The position numbers and the translations under genes were made by a program. A stretch of DNA of 64,000 nucleotides from Candidatus Omnitrophota bacterium (GTDB lineage: Bacteria > Omnitrophota > Gorgyraeia > Gygaellales > Profunditerraquicolaceae), in assembly GCA_023229385.1 (NCBI GenBank), contig JALNZI010000001.1, forward strand, positions 26,419 through 90,418, given 5' to 3'. Position 1 is the stretch's first letter; each line of letters begins with the position of its first letter. The notes beneath the pieces were generated by a model, which was not told the DNA's origin, made no database searches, and saw nothing but the letters and a program-made list of their open reading frames with translations. This document shows, one piece after another, positions 51,890 to 61,750 of this stretch.

Positions 51890-53299
51890 TTATCTTCCTT
51901 CTCTAATTATTCTTTTAGCTTCCTCTAAAAAGCTTTTAGCTTTATTTTCTACTGATTCTCTAACTACAGCAGCTTTAACTTGTGGAGTTACTGCTTTCTG
52001 AGCAGGAGCTTTTTTAGGAGTAACTGGTTTAGGAATTCCAGACGTAACAGGAATGGTTTCTTGAGATTTTCCGACATCACGTTTATCTTTAGTGAAACCT
52101 GGATTTACTTTATTGACTTCTGTTTCATTTTCAGCTTGCTCTTTAGTCTGAGGAGATACTTTCTTAGGTGCTGAAGCTAATGCTCTTAATTCACCTAATT
52201 TATATCCTGGTTTTGAAGTCTTAGGAGTTGCTTTTAATTGAAAGTCTGGATGTTGAGCACCATCATTTGCTTTAGGATCTCCACCTTCAACAAATTTATT
52301 ATTGTACTCACCAAATAATCCAATTGATTCAAAAACAGCTTCATTTTTTCCAGCTAAAGATTTAACTAATTCTTTTAATTCATCAATCTCAGATTTCAAT
52401 CCTTCTAAAGTAGCTTCTCCGCCTTCTGGAGCGCCTAATGCTTCCGAAGGTATTTCCTCATCACCTGATCCACTAACAACCTCTACAGGCTCTACCTCGT
52501 CAGCAGTGACTACTTTAATAGTATCTTCATCGTCATCTACGTTAGGAATACCGTGTTCACCATGTTCTCCACATTCAGCGCAAACACCTTCATTAGTAGA
52601 TTCTTCCTCTTCTTCAGGAACTTCGGATGTTTCAACTGGATTACCTTGGGTACCGTCTTCATCACCAGCTTCTTCCGAACTTGGATCTGAATCTTCAGTT
52701 AATTTTTCCTTCTCTTCTTCTGATTTTTCTTCAGCAGGAGTTTCGCTAGCTTCATGAGAGGCATCTTCTTCTGAATTTTCTTCAGGAGTGCCTTCATTAT
52801 TCTCAGCATTCTCTTCTGGAATCTGCCCACCATTTTCAAGGCCAAGATCTAAGGATTGTTTACAATATTCAATTATTGCATTCTTTTTAGCTTTTAATAA
52901 TTCATTCTCTTCAACAGGAGTTGATACACTATCTTGTTCAGCTTCGCTTAAATAAGCACTAGTATTAGCAACTTCTTCTAAAATCATCTCTAAAGCTGGT
53001 TCAGAAATGGATTCACCACTAATTTCATCAAGCATATCTTGCAAATTGCGTCTAATAATTGCCTTATCTTCATCAGATAATTCAATATCCTTTGAATCAT
53101 AGTGAACTGGACTTTCAATTCCATTCTCCTGATCATCTAGGTCAACAGTATTATTCAAATCCTCTATTGAGAAGGGATCTGAAGAAGCTCCTGCTGCTTC
53201 GGTTACTGCTGATTTAGCGTCTTGTTTTCTTTGCTGATCTATTGACTCAACAAGAGCTAAAATATTTTCAGTATCTTTCATTGTGTTTAAATATGACAT
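51890..53299 (-). CDS. highly acidic Glu/Asp/Pro-rich protein with a basic Lys/Pro-rich C-terminus
   Basis: 469 aa. AAGGAGA Shine-Dalgarno upstream. G+C is visibly higher than in the neighbouring genes. Confidence 0.55.
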   Translation of the reverse strand: MSYLNTMKDTENILALVESIDQQRKQDAKSAVTEAAGASSDPFSIEDLNNTVDLDDQENGIESPVHYDSKDIELSDEDKAIIRRNLQDMLDEISGESISEPALEMILEEVANTSAYLSEAEQDSVSTPVEENELLKAKKNAIIEYCKQSLDLGLENGGQIPEENAENNEGTPEENSEEDASHEASETPAEEKSEEEKEKLTEDSDPSSEEAGDEDGTQGNPVETSEVPEEEEESTNEGVCAECGEHGEHGIPNVDDDEDTIKVVTADEVEPVEVVSGSGDEEIPSEALGAPEGGEATLEGLKSEIDELKELVKSLAGKNEAVFESIGLFGEYNNKFVEGGDPKANDGAQHPDFQLKATPKTSKPGYKLGELRALASAPKKVSPQTKEQAENETEVNKVNPGFTKDKRDVGKSQETIPVTSGIPKPVTPKKAPAQKAVTPQVKAAVVRESVENKAKSFLEEAKRIIREGR

Positions 53300-53316
53300 A
53301 TCAATCTCCTTATTTC

Positions 53317-53323
53317 TATTTAG
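53317..53323 (-). promoter_or_regulatory. late-type box CTAAATA
   Basis: 17 nt upstream of ATG 53299. The spacer contains AAGGAGA. Confidence 0.4.
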
Positions 53324-53359
53324 TTATTTATGAATTTTAAGTACATTTTTTATAATTAA

Positions 53360-53947
53360 TTAAATGTATTCCCCAATTATTTCGTTAATATTATCTGGCT
53401 TATTATAAATAAAGAATTCATCGAATTTAAAAGCTGCATCAAATGTAACAGGCTCATCAGAATTGAATACTTGATTAAGCTGTCCTAATGTTTCAATGAA
53501 TACTCTTTTAAATCTAAAAATAGTTTTAACCTTATTGTTATTATTCATTAAACATATATCTGCATATGGGCAAAATGCTTGTTTAGCATCCCAATGTTTC
53601 ATGTCTGGGGTATTTTTATCTGTACGATAAGTTGTTCTTTTATATACATCTAACCAATCATATAATAGTAAATAACTATCTAAATCTTCATCTGCAATAA
53701 AAGTAACTTGCAAAGATACTGAGCTAAAATCAGTAACTGCTGAAGTTGGTACAACAGTTGTTGCACCTAAGAATCTATCATATTGCATTTCTGCTTCAAT
53801 TTCAGGAACAGTATATTCTCTAATATTACATTGAATTGATGTTGTAGATAATGTATCATCTACAATTATTGGTAATTTAGAAAAAACTAATACTCCAGTA
53901 CCTTGAACTAACGGATTAAATATTTTATTTGGTAAAGCACCTTGCAT
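53360..53947 (-). CDS. T4 gp19-family tail tube / baseplate-tube-like protein
   Basis: 195 aa. The C-terminus FIETLGQLNQVFNSDEPVTFDAAFKFDEFF aligns with T4 gp19 WPTNVGELQLDWDSNNEIQTFEVTLALDYW. The central VTFIADEDLDSYLLLYDWL aligns with TVTVMNDEAHDARQKFVDWQ. Confidence 0.5.
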   Translation of the reverse strand: MQGALPNKIFNPLVQGTGVLVFSKLPIIVDDTLSTTSIQCNIREYTVPEIEAEMQYDRFLGATTVVPTSAVTDFSSVSLQVTFIADEDLDSYLLLYDWLDVYKRTTYRTDKNTPDMKHWDAKQAFCPYADICLMNNNNKVKTIFRFKRVFIETLGQLNQVFNSDEPVTFDAAFKFDEFFIYNKPDNINEIIGEYI

Positions 53948-53948
53948 A

Positions 53949-56900
53949 TTACCTATTTAGCGGTAATTGATAATAATTAAATAGCTTCCAATTTGATTTG
54001 TTTATAGGAGAATCTTGATAAGTATCAATATAGTTTGAATCTAATTTACCTATATTCTTTAATGACATTTTATATTCAGATTTTTTAACAATTGAAGACA
54101 CTTCAGTACTACTTAATGTTTTATACATTGTTTTTGTTCCAGTTATAGTTGATTTTGATCTACTGCCACCGATACTATATTTATTATTATCAATTCTTAA
54201 TAGTGACATATTTAATAAATTACTATCGTCTTTATATTTAATAATGTAACCATTTTTTACATATTTTAAATTAGATATTCCAACAGTTCCTTCAAATACA
54301 TTGCTTGAAGTTGCATAGAATGATTGGAAATATGACATAAGTCCAGTAATAATATTATATGCATATTTATAATTATTTGGAGGATCAGTGGATGAGCTTC
54401 CATCTGAATAAGTAGTAGTTGTTGGAAACAATTGAACATAATTTTTATCATAATAAACATAATCGTTAGTGAATCCAGAAGTACCCCAATTAACCAAATC
54501 AGTTTTATTTATATTAGAATATTCACTTGTCATTGTATATGAGCTAATTTGAACAACATCTGCACTATTTGAACTAAAATCAATATCATCAATAGATGCA
54601 AAACTTGATATTGGTTTTTTCAATAGATATAATATCTTTGGATTATTAATATATGGATTAATTGAATTTAGCCCACTTACTTTTCCACTAATATCGCCGT
54701 CAATTTGCATAGTATATATTGATAAATTTCTAGCATCAGCTATTGATAAATTAGTTAAATCATAGTCTTTTAATTTTAAATATATTCCAACATCAGGTCT
54801 ATAATATAGATAATCTTTAGAATTAGTACTATTATAATTATTAACAAATTCGTCAATATAATTAATATTATCACCAATAGATTTATTAAAATAATTAGCT
54901 ACTTTTGAATTTGGTACCGTTTTATCATAATTAAAGTAGGTATGAATTATTGTAGATTTCCCATTTGAATCATTTAAAATATTTACAACTGCATTATCTG
55001 AATAATCATAATCATATGAATTTGAATCATCATCATAAGAAGCCGCACCTTTATTATTACTTATTTTTAGGGTAATTTGAGTATTAGTTGTTACATTAAG
55101 TTCATATGGAATTTTACCACATGAGCCAAATGTTATAGATTTAGATATTCCATTTTGGTAAGTTTCTAATATTAAACTTAATAAATCACTAAACACTGTA
55201 TTATTTTGATAGTAAGATGTACCATTTTCTTCTATACCACTAGTAGCATATTCTATAGTTTCATTTATTAAAGCATCTGAACAATCATTAGTGGTAACAG
55301 TATCAGTTGGTGATTTTTTAGAAAAACTTGAAGAAAATTCAGCATATCCTTTGTTTGGTTTATAGTAAAAAACTGATTTATTTTTATTGTATATAAATGA
55401 GCATCTAAATGATATATCATTTATTTTATCATTTTCACTACTAAGATTAGCCATAGTAAAAACTGATTTAGGATTTGAATCAACTGTTAATAGGTATCCC
55501 TTAATATTTTTTACAGGAAATATTTTAGATTCTAAACTAATCCCATCATTATCATAATCTTCATATAAATTATATTTTATAGAATTAATATTTAATTCAT
55601 TAGTAAATAATGAATCTAATTCAGTTTTAGTTAAATTATAATTTAATGCTATATTTTGTAATTTAACGATATCATAATCACTTGTATTAGTATTAGCTAA
55701 TATATATGTTTCAAAATATGGATTCCAATTTGAAATAGCTGAAATATCTACTTCAGTCGAATAGTCACTTAATAAAGTATTGGTTATTAATGAATAAATT
55801 GCGCATCTTAATCTTATTTTATTTTTAACAAAATAATACCCACTGCTAATTCTAATTTTTGAAATATTTGCATCTGTTATAGTTTTGCTGTCAAGTAAAA
55901 CCTCATTTACATATAATTGATATGTGCCATTATATTTTTTTACATAAGCAGTTAAATCACTATCTTGTATTCCAAATTTAAGTACAGTAGCATTGCTTGA
56001 AGTATTTCCAATAGTATAATCTACACTCAATTTCATATTACAGTCAATTGAAGTATATGGTGTGTTTTTATTAATACAAAATTCAGGGGGGTATTCATTT
56101 ATTAGATAATTGGTATCTATGACTGAATTACTGCAAGTATTAGTAAATAAAGTTGAATAATTATATGCAATTTTATTAGTATTTTGGCCTAATACGCACG
56201 AATGTCCATTATTTGTTTTTAGAATTATTTCATCATTATCTACACATACTTTGCTATAACTTAAATCATCACTTTTTAATAATAATAGTAAATCATTATT
56301 TTTATACATCTTTATTTTTTCATTATCAAATAGCCCATAGTTATCAAAATAAAGTTCATTTAAATTAGTTATATCTAATTTAGCACCCTTCCCATAGAAT
56401 GTGTTGAATATTTGGGTTTTAGTATTTTTAGAGATTAAAAAATATTCATTAGCATAAGTTTTTGATATGAATTTAGTATTCATATATGTTTGATAAGATA
56501 AAGGTAAATCAATTCTAGATATATATTCATAATCAATTCCATCAATTCTAGCATAATTACCATTATAACTTAAACATATGTTACAATAAGTACCATCAAT
56601 GAAAACAACTTGCGGATACTTATTAGTTGAAATTGATTTATCAACTGTAGAATCAGAGACAAAATTTATTTTAAATTCAAATTGGCCCCCATCACTAAAA
56701 GTTTTATCCAATACTATGAATAAAACATTTGATAAAGTTGAAGCAGAATTTTTGATAGTTATATAATGATATGTTTCATTTTTTTCTTTATTTAATCTAA
56801 TTAATGAATACTTGCCTTTATTATTAGTTAAATATTTTTGTGAAATTTGTTCATATTCTGATTTATTTTGGTCGTAATTAATTGGATAATAATTATCAAA

Positions 56901-57146
56901 ATCAAATGTCGGCCATACTTTTACAGAATTAATATCATTAGAAGTTGATAGACCTAGCTCACTAAATATTGAACTGCTATCTAATGTATACTCACTTCCA
57001 TCACTAAAATAAAATTCAGTTTTTATTTTAGAAGTGCCTAATAATATATTTTTTAATATAGTATATGCCTTATTTACTGAATCTGATCTTGTTTCAACAT
57101 AATCAACTAAAGCTGCTGAAGAATTACTTTTAGGAAAAACGCCCAT
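53949..57146 (-). CDS. large N/S/T/Y-rich structural protein (fibre or baseplate component)
   Basis: 1065-aa ORF. No sheath motifs recognised. Confidence 0.55.
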   Translation of the reverse strand: MGVFPKSNSSAALVDYVETRSDSVNKAYTILKNILLGTSKIKTEFYFSDGSEYTLDSSSIFSELGLSTSNDINSVKVWPTFDFDNYYPINYDQNKSEYEQISQKYLTNNKGKYSLIRLNKEKNETYHYITIKNSASTLSNVLFIVLDKTFSDGGQFEFKINFVSDSTVDKSISTNKYPQVVFIDGTYCNICLSYNGNYARIDGIDYEYISRIDLPLSYQTYMNTKFISKTYANEYFLISKNTKTQIFNTFYGKGAKLDITNLNELYFDNYGLFDNEKIKMYKNNDLLLLLKSDDLSYSKVCVDNDEIILKTNNGHSCVLGQNTNKIAYNYSTLFTNTCSNSVIDTNYLINEYPPEFCINKNTPYTSIDCNMKLSVDYTIGNTSSNATVLKFGIQDSDLTAYVKKYNGTYQLYVNEVLLDSKTITDANISKIRISSGYYFVKNKIRLRCAIYSLITNTLLSDYSTEVDISAISNWNPYFETYILANTNTSDYDIVKLQNIALNYNLTKTELDSLFTNELNINSIKYNLYEDYDNDGISLESKIFPVKNIKGYLLTVDSNPKSVFTMANLSSENDKINDISFRCSFIYNKNKSVFYYKPNKGYAEFSSSFSKKSPTDTVTTNDCSDALINETIEYATSGIEENGTSYYQNNTVFSDLLSLILETYQNGISKSITFGSCGKIPYELNVTTNTQITLKISNNKGAASYDDDSNSYDYDYSDNAVVNILNDSNGKSTIIHTYFNYDKTVPNSKVANYFNKSIGDNINYIDEFVNNYNSTNSKDYLYYRPDVGIYLKLKDYDLTNLSIADARNLSIYTMQIDGDISGKVSGLNSINPYINNPKILYLLKKPISSFASIDDIDFSSNSADVVQISSYTMTSEYSNINKTDLVNWGTSGFTNDYVYYDKNYVQLFPTTTTYSDGSSSTDPPNNYKYAYNIITGLMSYFQSFYATSSNVFEGTVGISNLKYVKNGYIIKYKDDSNLLNMSLLRIDNNKYSIGGSRSKSTITGTKTMYKTLSSTEVSSIVKKSEYKMSLKNIGKLDSNYIDTYQDSPINKSNWKLFNYYQLPLNR
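53954..53960 (-). promoter_or_regulatory. late-type box CTAAATA
   Basis: 6 nt upstream of ATG 53947. Confidence 0.5.
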
Positions 57147-57152
57147 GCATAA

Positions 57153-57159
57153 TATTTAT
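57153..57159 (-). promoter_or_regulatory. late-type box ATAAATA
   Basis: 6 nt upstream of ATG 57146. Confidence 0.5.
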
Positions 57160-57884
57160 GATATAAATGGATCTGCAAAATTACTTAAAGTCAATGAAGT
57201 AGTTGATATATTATATTCATTATCAGGTATTTCATATAAATCAAGAATAATCCATTTATACCCATTACTGGGAGTATTAACGTATTGAAGACTAACTTTA
57301 AATAATATTGGATATGTATTGTTGGCATTCAGCACCGGAGATTGTTCAATCAAATTGCTTAATCTATTTTTTCCAAGCATTACAATATTACTTAAATTAT
57401 TTAAATCATTTATATATACAAAATGAGTTCCTAATTTTCCTGTAGATGGATTTATTTTTATAATAAAATTAATAATATCTCCTTCATATTGTGCAGCATC
57501 TAAATTTATAGTTAAACCTTGCTCAATATCAAACTTATTATATTCAATATAATGAGTTGGAGGATAATTAGTATTATCTAATGTTATTGTATATTTCCCA
57601 TCATTATCTTTAACTGCACTATCAAAAATAGTAGATCCCCAATATTTAACACCTACTGGTCTATTTTTACTCCAATTACTAATTTGCCCATATGTTTTTA
57701 TATAATGCAAAGATGGAATTGTATAATTTTCAAAAAAAGGTTCATCTGCTACTTTTAAGACAATTTGTATATTATCACTAGTTGTCGTAGCCCAAACGGA
57801 TAATTTACTTATTAGTTCTCTTGTATTAAATTGAACTATATTAAATTTATCAGCTAATCTCTCTAAGGGTGAAATAAAACTCAT
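57156..57884 (-). CDS. structural protein sharing an N-terminal module with the 1281-aa protein
   Basis: 242 aa. FNTRELISKLSVWATTTSDNIQI aligns with YNAREVLNKFSIWASTSDSDVEF of the upstream gene. Confidence 0.55.
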   Translation of the reverse strand: MSFISPLERLADKFNIVQFNTRELISKLSVWATTTSDNIQIVLKVADEPFFENYTIPSLHYIKTYGQISNWSKNRPVGVKYWGSTIFDSAVKDNDGKYTITLDNTNYPPTHYIEYNKFDIEQGLTINLDAAQYEGDIINFIIKINPSTGKLGTHFVYINDLNNLSNIVMLGKNRLSNLIEQSPVLNANNTYPILFKVSLQYVNTPSNGYKWIILDLYEIPDNEYNISTTSLTLSNFADPFIS

Positions 57885-60800
57885 TAGCAGCCAACCTCTT
57901 GATTATTTATCTCAGTGAATCCTAATATAATACTTGATTGATTTTCAGTTGTGGAAGCAATTACTGTATTTTGAGAGAATCCTTCAAAATAGTCACATCT
58001 GATACTAGTGACATTGCTTTTTTCATTTATTATTGACAAATAATTATTGAAATTGCTATCAGAAGGATTTAATAATGAAGAATCAATCGAAACTACATTA
58101 AAACTTCCACCTTTACTGATAAGTAAATTATTTGCGTTAAAACTTATCAAATTATTATATAAAAATGTTTTATTTAATACTGTAGTAGGAGTACCATTAG
58201 TTGATACATTTGTTAATACATATGTTCTATTATATGTTTTGTCATATACTAAGATATAGTGCCCATATTTGTAATTATCATCAGTATATAGGCCATCATT
58301 AACTTGATAATTTGTTTCAAAATTACTATCTAATAAGAATTTTTCGCAATGCCCACTGTTTGCATATACTGTATTCCAATCAAATGTTGCAAATACAAAA
58401 TTAGCAGAATTATCTACTGATATTCCAACTGATTCAAAGGTAATAGTAAAATCGTTTCTATTTATCAATGTAGTATTTGAAGCATAAGCTCTTTTAGTGA
58501 ACAATGATAATGCTTCAATTGGTACACTAAATCTTCCTAAATATGAGTTGTTAATATTTGATAGATTATTAGGTGAAGTTATCTTTATTAATGCTCCAGA
58601 TTTTCTAGAAATATTAGCAACAGCATTTCCATTAAAGCATATCAAAGATATTGGAAGATTAGCTGCACTATTATCTACTACATTATCCTCTAAGCATAGA
58701 TTTAATGCCACTGTATTATCAGTTGAAATAGTATCATTACTAACCACAATTTGGCTAAAATCATTTCCATTACTATCAAGTATTAATGCGCTAACTTCAA
58801 CAATTTCTGAATCATTTCCAGTATTGACAGATATTGATTCGTCACTATTATTTGTTGTTAATTTATATGAGTTAATTTTGTATGAATATTTAGTTGATAC
58901 TTCATTAGATAATATAGCATTATAACTAGTATAACCTTGATTATCAAGTCCTATTACATCAATATATGATGCTGATATGTAATCATTGTATTTGTTAATT
59001 ATTGAATTAACTACTGTAACTACTTTTGTTGATGTCACCAATGAATTATAAGTAACAGATCCCGTTGCAGTAGAGCTATATGCTAATATTAATGTGCTAT
59101 TATTAATTACTGCTATTGTTTGATTATTTAATACATAAGTATTAGTATAATTAGATACATTTAATCCAGTTATTGTTAAATTAATATTTGTAATCGTAGT
59201 ATTAGTAATTAAAGTAAATATTTCAAATTCAGGGATACTAGTATTATCATTTAAATGTGCAACTCCAGTATTTGTCTTATATAAGTAAGAGGTAGAACCT
59301 GAATCATATATAAATCCTGAATTTTCAGATACTACTGAATTAGATAATATTGAACCTAATGTGCCATACGTTGGAGTTATTGTACTAAAATCAGTAGTTG
59401 AATATAATGCAGATCCAAAGAAATAGTAAGCCTTAGTCTTTATATTGTATACATTAAAATATGTATAAATTTTAAATCCATTTGCACTGGAATATATAAC
59501 ATTTAATTTATTCGCATATGAATAATATTGGCTAGTTCCCCCGCCTTCAATTATTGCAAGTCCAGGGTCCGCATTATTCCATATTCTAGTTCCAGATGTT
59601 AAAATTAATGCATGGTTACTTATACTAATATTAAATAATAACCCAATATTATAATCATTGCTTTTACGCTGCATATGGGTATTGGTGCTAATTAGCAATA
59701 TTGATCCAAAGGTAGTTCCATTATAATATGCGCCTAGACTGGCAATTTCAGGTGGATTTGATATTTTTCTAGTAGTATAAGTATATGAATAGCTACTTGT
59801 AGTGGCAAAGTAATTAGGTAGATCTATACTTAATATTTCATTTTCATATTCATCATAATTATAAATACTAATATCAACGCATTGATTAAACTCTGGATCA
59901 ACATTAGTAGTAGTTGATTCAATTTTTAACCAAATAGAATCTTTTATTCCGCATCCACTCAAATTTTCACTAGTAATACTAGTATTGATACTTATTACTT
60001 TATCTAAAGTTAAATTATTTTTATATTTAAATTTATTTAAAGTAACTGTGAAACTATTACCTCTATCATTAGATGAACATACTGTAACACCTTGAACATC
60101 GGAAATAAAGAAATAAGTGTTTATTTGGCCTGAATCACTTGTAGCTTGAACATTAGTAATATCGGTATAAAATGTAGAAATAGTTGTTTTATATAATGGA
60201 GTTGCATAGTTAGGAGTTCTACCTATTAAATAAGAATAAGTTTCACATATTAAATTATACTCATTTGCTGTTGAAGTTGATTCAAAATAATATACATATT
60301 CATAAACAGTTGTAGTATCTGAATTAAAAGTAGTCCAAATATATTTTTCATGAGCTGCTAATACATTAAAATCATTTGTTATTTTAGTGCAAACATCATT
60401 ACCATTAAATGAAGTGCTATTATTTATTTTTGATAATCTAAATGCTTTAATTTGATTATTTACATCATAATATCTTTTTATATCAGATAAATTAGTTTTA
60501 GTATAAATGGGTAATTCTAAATTAGGTATAGAGACTGCACCTTTTTTAACAACAATTTCACTACTAGAACCAATATTGAAATCTATTTCATTTGCTGATT
60601 TTACTGTTAATAAATCTTCTCCATCTAGCGTAAGCGTTCCATTTGTTCCTATGTTTAAATAGTAGGGAATTGAACTACTTTGAGATTTTTTTAAATTATC
60701 TGGAATTGAAGTATTAAAATCTGAATAAGTATTAGTATCTCTAGTTGATACATAATATTTGTCAACTCCACCCTCAACCCACACATCAAAAAATTTATCA

Positions 60801-61729
60801 AATGCTGAGGTGTCATCAGTGCTACTATTTTTAACAAAAAAGCTAAATCCTTCTTTAACACTACTTCCTAATTTTTCAGAATCATTACCTGCATATGCAT
60901 ATTTCCCACCATCAGCAAAATAAGAAGTTTCAGTGTCATTATCATATCCTAATAAATCAAATCCATTATCATCATTTTGAGATAATAAAAATCCTTCTGC
61001 AAAATGAAAATTAATATCTTTAGCATTTAATATGAAATCTATTCCAATATTACCTAAAGTCAATAATGATGTGCTAAAATCTATTAAGTTTGTTTTAATT
61101 CCATCTATTTTTGTATATAATAAATATTCACCTGCATAATTAGTAATTGTTCCTGTTGAAATAGAATTCCCAATACTTATCTTATTAGAATTAATACCAA
61201 TTGCAGTTGTTCCAGTTAAATTAATATTATTTGCTTTTTCTAATATTAAATCTGAAGTTAAGTTGATATTAGTGGTTCCTTCCACATAGCTAAGGGTATT
61301 ATGTCTAATTATTATTGAATTATCATTTCCACTAGACGATTTATCATATATACTACTAACATTTATATGTAATTTGGGGGTAGTTGTGCTTTTTGCTACA
61401 TTTCCAGTAGTGGCTACATATTCATCAAAATACCAGCCAACTCCATTTGATACGAAATCAAAATTCCAATATATATCCCTAGTTGATGTAGTACCTAATG
61501 TACCAAATATTCCACTAGATATTGATGAAAAAGAAGGAACAGTTAATGGTTTTAAATATTCCCCATCTCCAGTTGTTCCATTATTAGTATATGAAGGTAG
61601 TGCATCAAATAAATCAAATTCTACATCTGAATCAGAAGTAGAAGCCCAAATGCTAAATTTATTTAATACTTCTCTAGCATTATAAGTCAATAAGTCAATT
61701 GATTTTAAAATTCTATCTTCATGTAGCAT
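57884..61729 (-). CDS. very large N/S/T-rich tail-fibre-like protein
   Basis: 1281-aa ORF. Confidence 0.55.
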   Translation of the reverse strand: MLHEDRILKSIDLLTYNAREVLNKFSIWASTSDSDVEFDLFDALPSYTNNGTTGDGEYLKPLTVPSFSSISSGIFGTLGTTSTRDIYWNFDFVSNGVGWYFDEYVATTGNVAKSTTTPKLHINVSSIYDKSSSGNDNSIIIRHNTLSYVEGTTNINLTSDLILEKANNINLTGTTAIGINSNKISIGNSISTGTITNYAGEYLLYTKIDGIKTNLIDFSTSLLTLGNIGIDFILNAKDINFHFAEGFLLSQNDDNGFDLLGYDNDTETSYFADGGKYAYAGNDSEKLGSSVKEGFSFFVKNSSTDDTSAFDKFFDVWVEGGVDKYYVSTRDTNTYSDFNTSIPDNLKKSQSSSIPYYLNIGTNGTLTLDGEDLLTVKSANEIDFNIGSSSEIVVKKGAVSIPNLELPIYTKTNLSDIKRYYDVNNQIKAFRLSKINNSTSFNGNDVCTKITNDFNVLAAHEKYIWTTFNSDTTTVYEYVYYFESTSTANEYNLICETYSYLIGRTPNYATPLYKTTISTFYTDITNVQATSDSGQINTYFFISDVQGVTVCSSNDRGNSFTVTLNKFKYKNNLTLDKVISINTSITSENLSGCGIKDSIWLKIESTTTNVDPEFNQCVDISIYNYDEYENEILSIDLPNYFATTSSYSYTYTTRKISNPPEIASLGAYYNGTTFGSILLISTNTHMQRKSNDYNIGLLFNISISNHALILTSGTRIWNNADPGLAIIEGGGTSQYYSYANKLNVIYSSANGFKIYTYFNVYNIKTKAYYFFGSALYSTTDFSTITPTYGTLGSILSNSVVSENSGFIYDSGSTSYLYKTNTGVAHLNDNTSIPEFEIFTLITNTTITNINLTITGLNVSNYTNTYVLNNQTIAVINNSTLILAYSSTATGSVTYNSLVTSTKVVTVVNSIINKYNDYISASYIDVIGLDNQGYTSYNAILSNEVSTKYSYKINSYKLTTNNSDESISVNTGNDSEIVEVSALILDSNGNDFSQIVVSNDTISTDNTVALNLCLEDNVVDNSAANLPISLICFNGNAVANISRKSGALIKITSPNNLSNINNSYLGRFSVPIEALSLFTKRAYASNTTLINRNDFTITFESVGISVDNSANFVFATFDWNTVYANSGHCEKFLLDSNFETNYQVNDGLYTDDNYKYGHYILVYDKTYNRTYVLTNVSTNGTPTTVLNKTFLYNNLISFNANNLLISKGGSFNVVSIDSSLLNPSDSNFNNYLSIINEKSNVTSIRCDYFEGFSQNTVIASTTENQSSIILGFTEINNQEVGC
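57904..57910 (-). promoter_or_regulatory. late-type box ATAAATA
   Basis: 19 nt upstream of ATG 57884. The spacer contains AGAGGT. Confidence 0.35.
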
Positions 61730-61735
61730 ATAACA

Positions 61736-61742
61736 TATTTAT
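61736..61742 (-). promoter_or_regulatory. late-type box ATAAATA
   Basis: 6 nt upstream of ATG 61729. Confidence 0.5.
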
Positions 61743-61750
61743 CAATATTA

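Noticed and set aside
52302-52757. 151-aa plus-strand Ser-rich ORF (and 51980-52174)
   Set aside because: It lies antisense to the acidic 469-aa gene. Its low-complexity Ser/Thr content mirrors the GAA/GAT-rich coding strand, and it has no promoter or Shine-Dalgarno.
53949-57146. Tail sheath (gp18), because it lies immediately upstream of the gp19-family gene
   Set aside because: There is no resemblance to remembered gp18 C-terminal motifs. The composition and size match the neighbouring fibre-like proteins.
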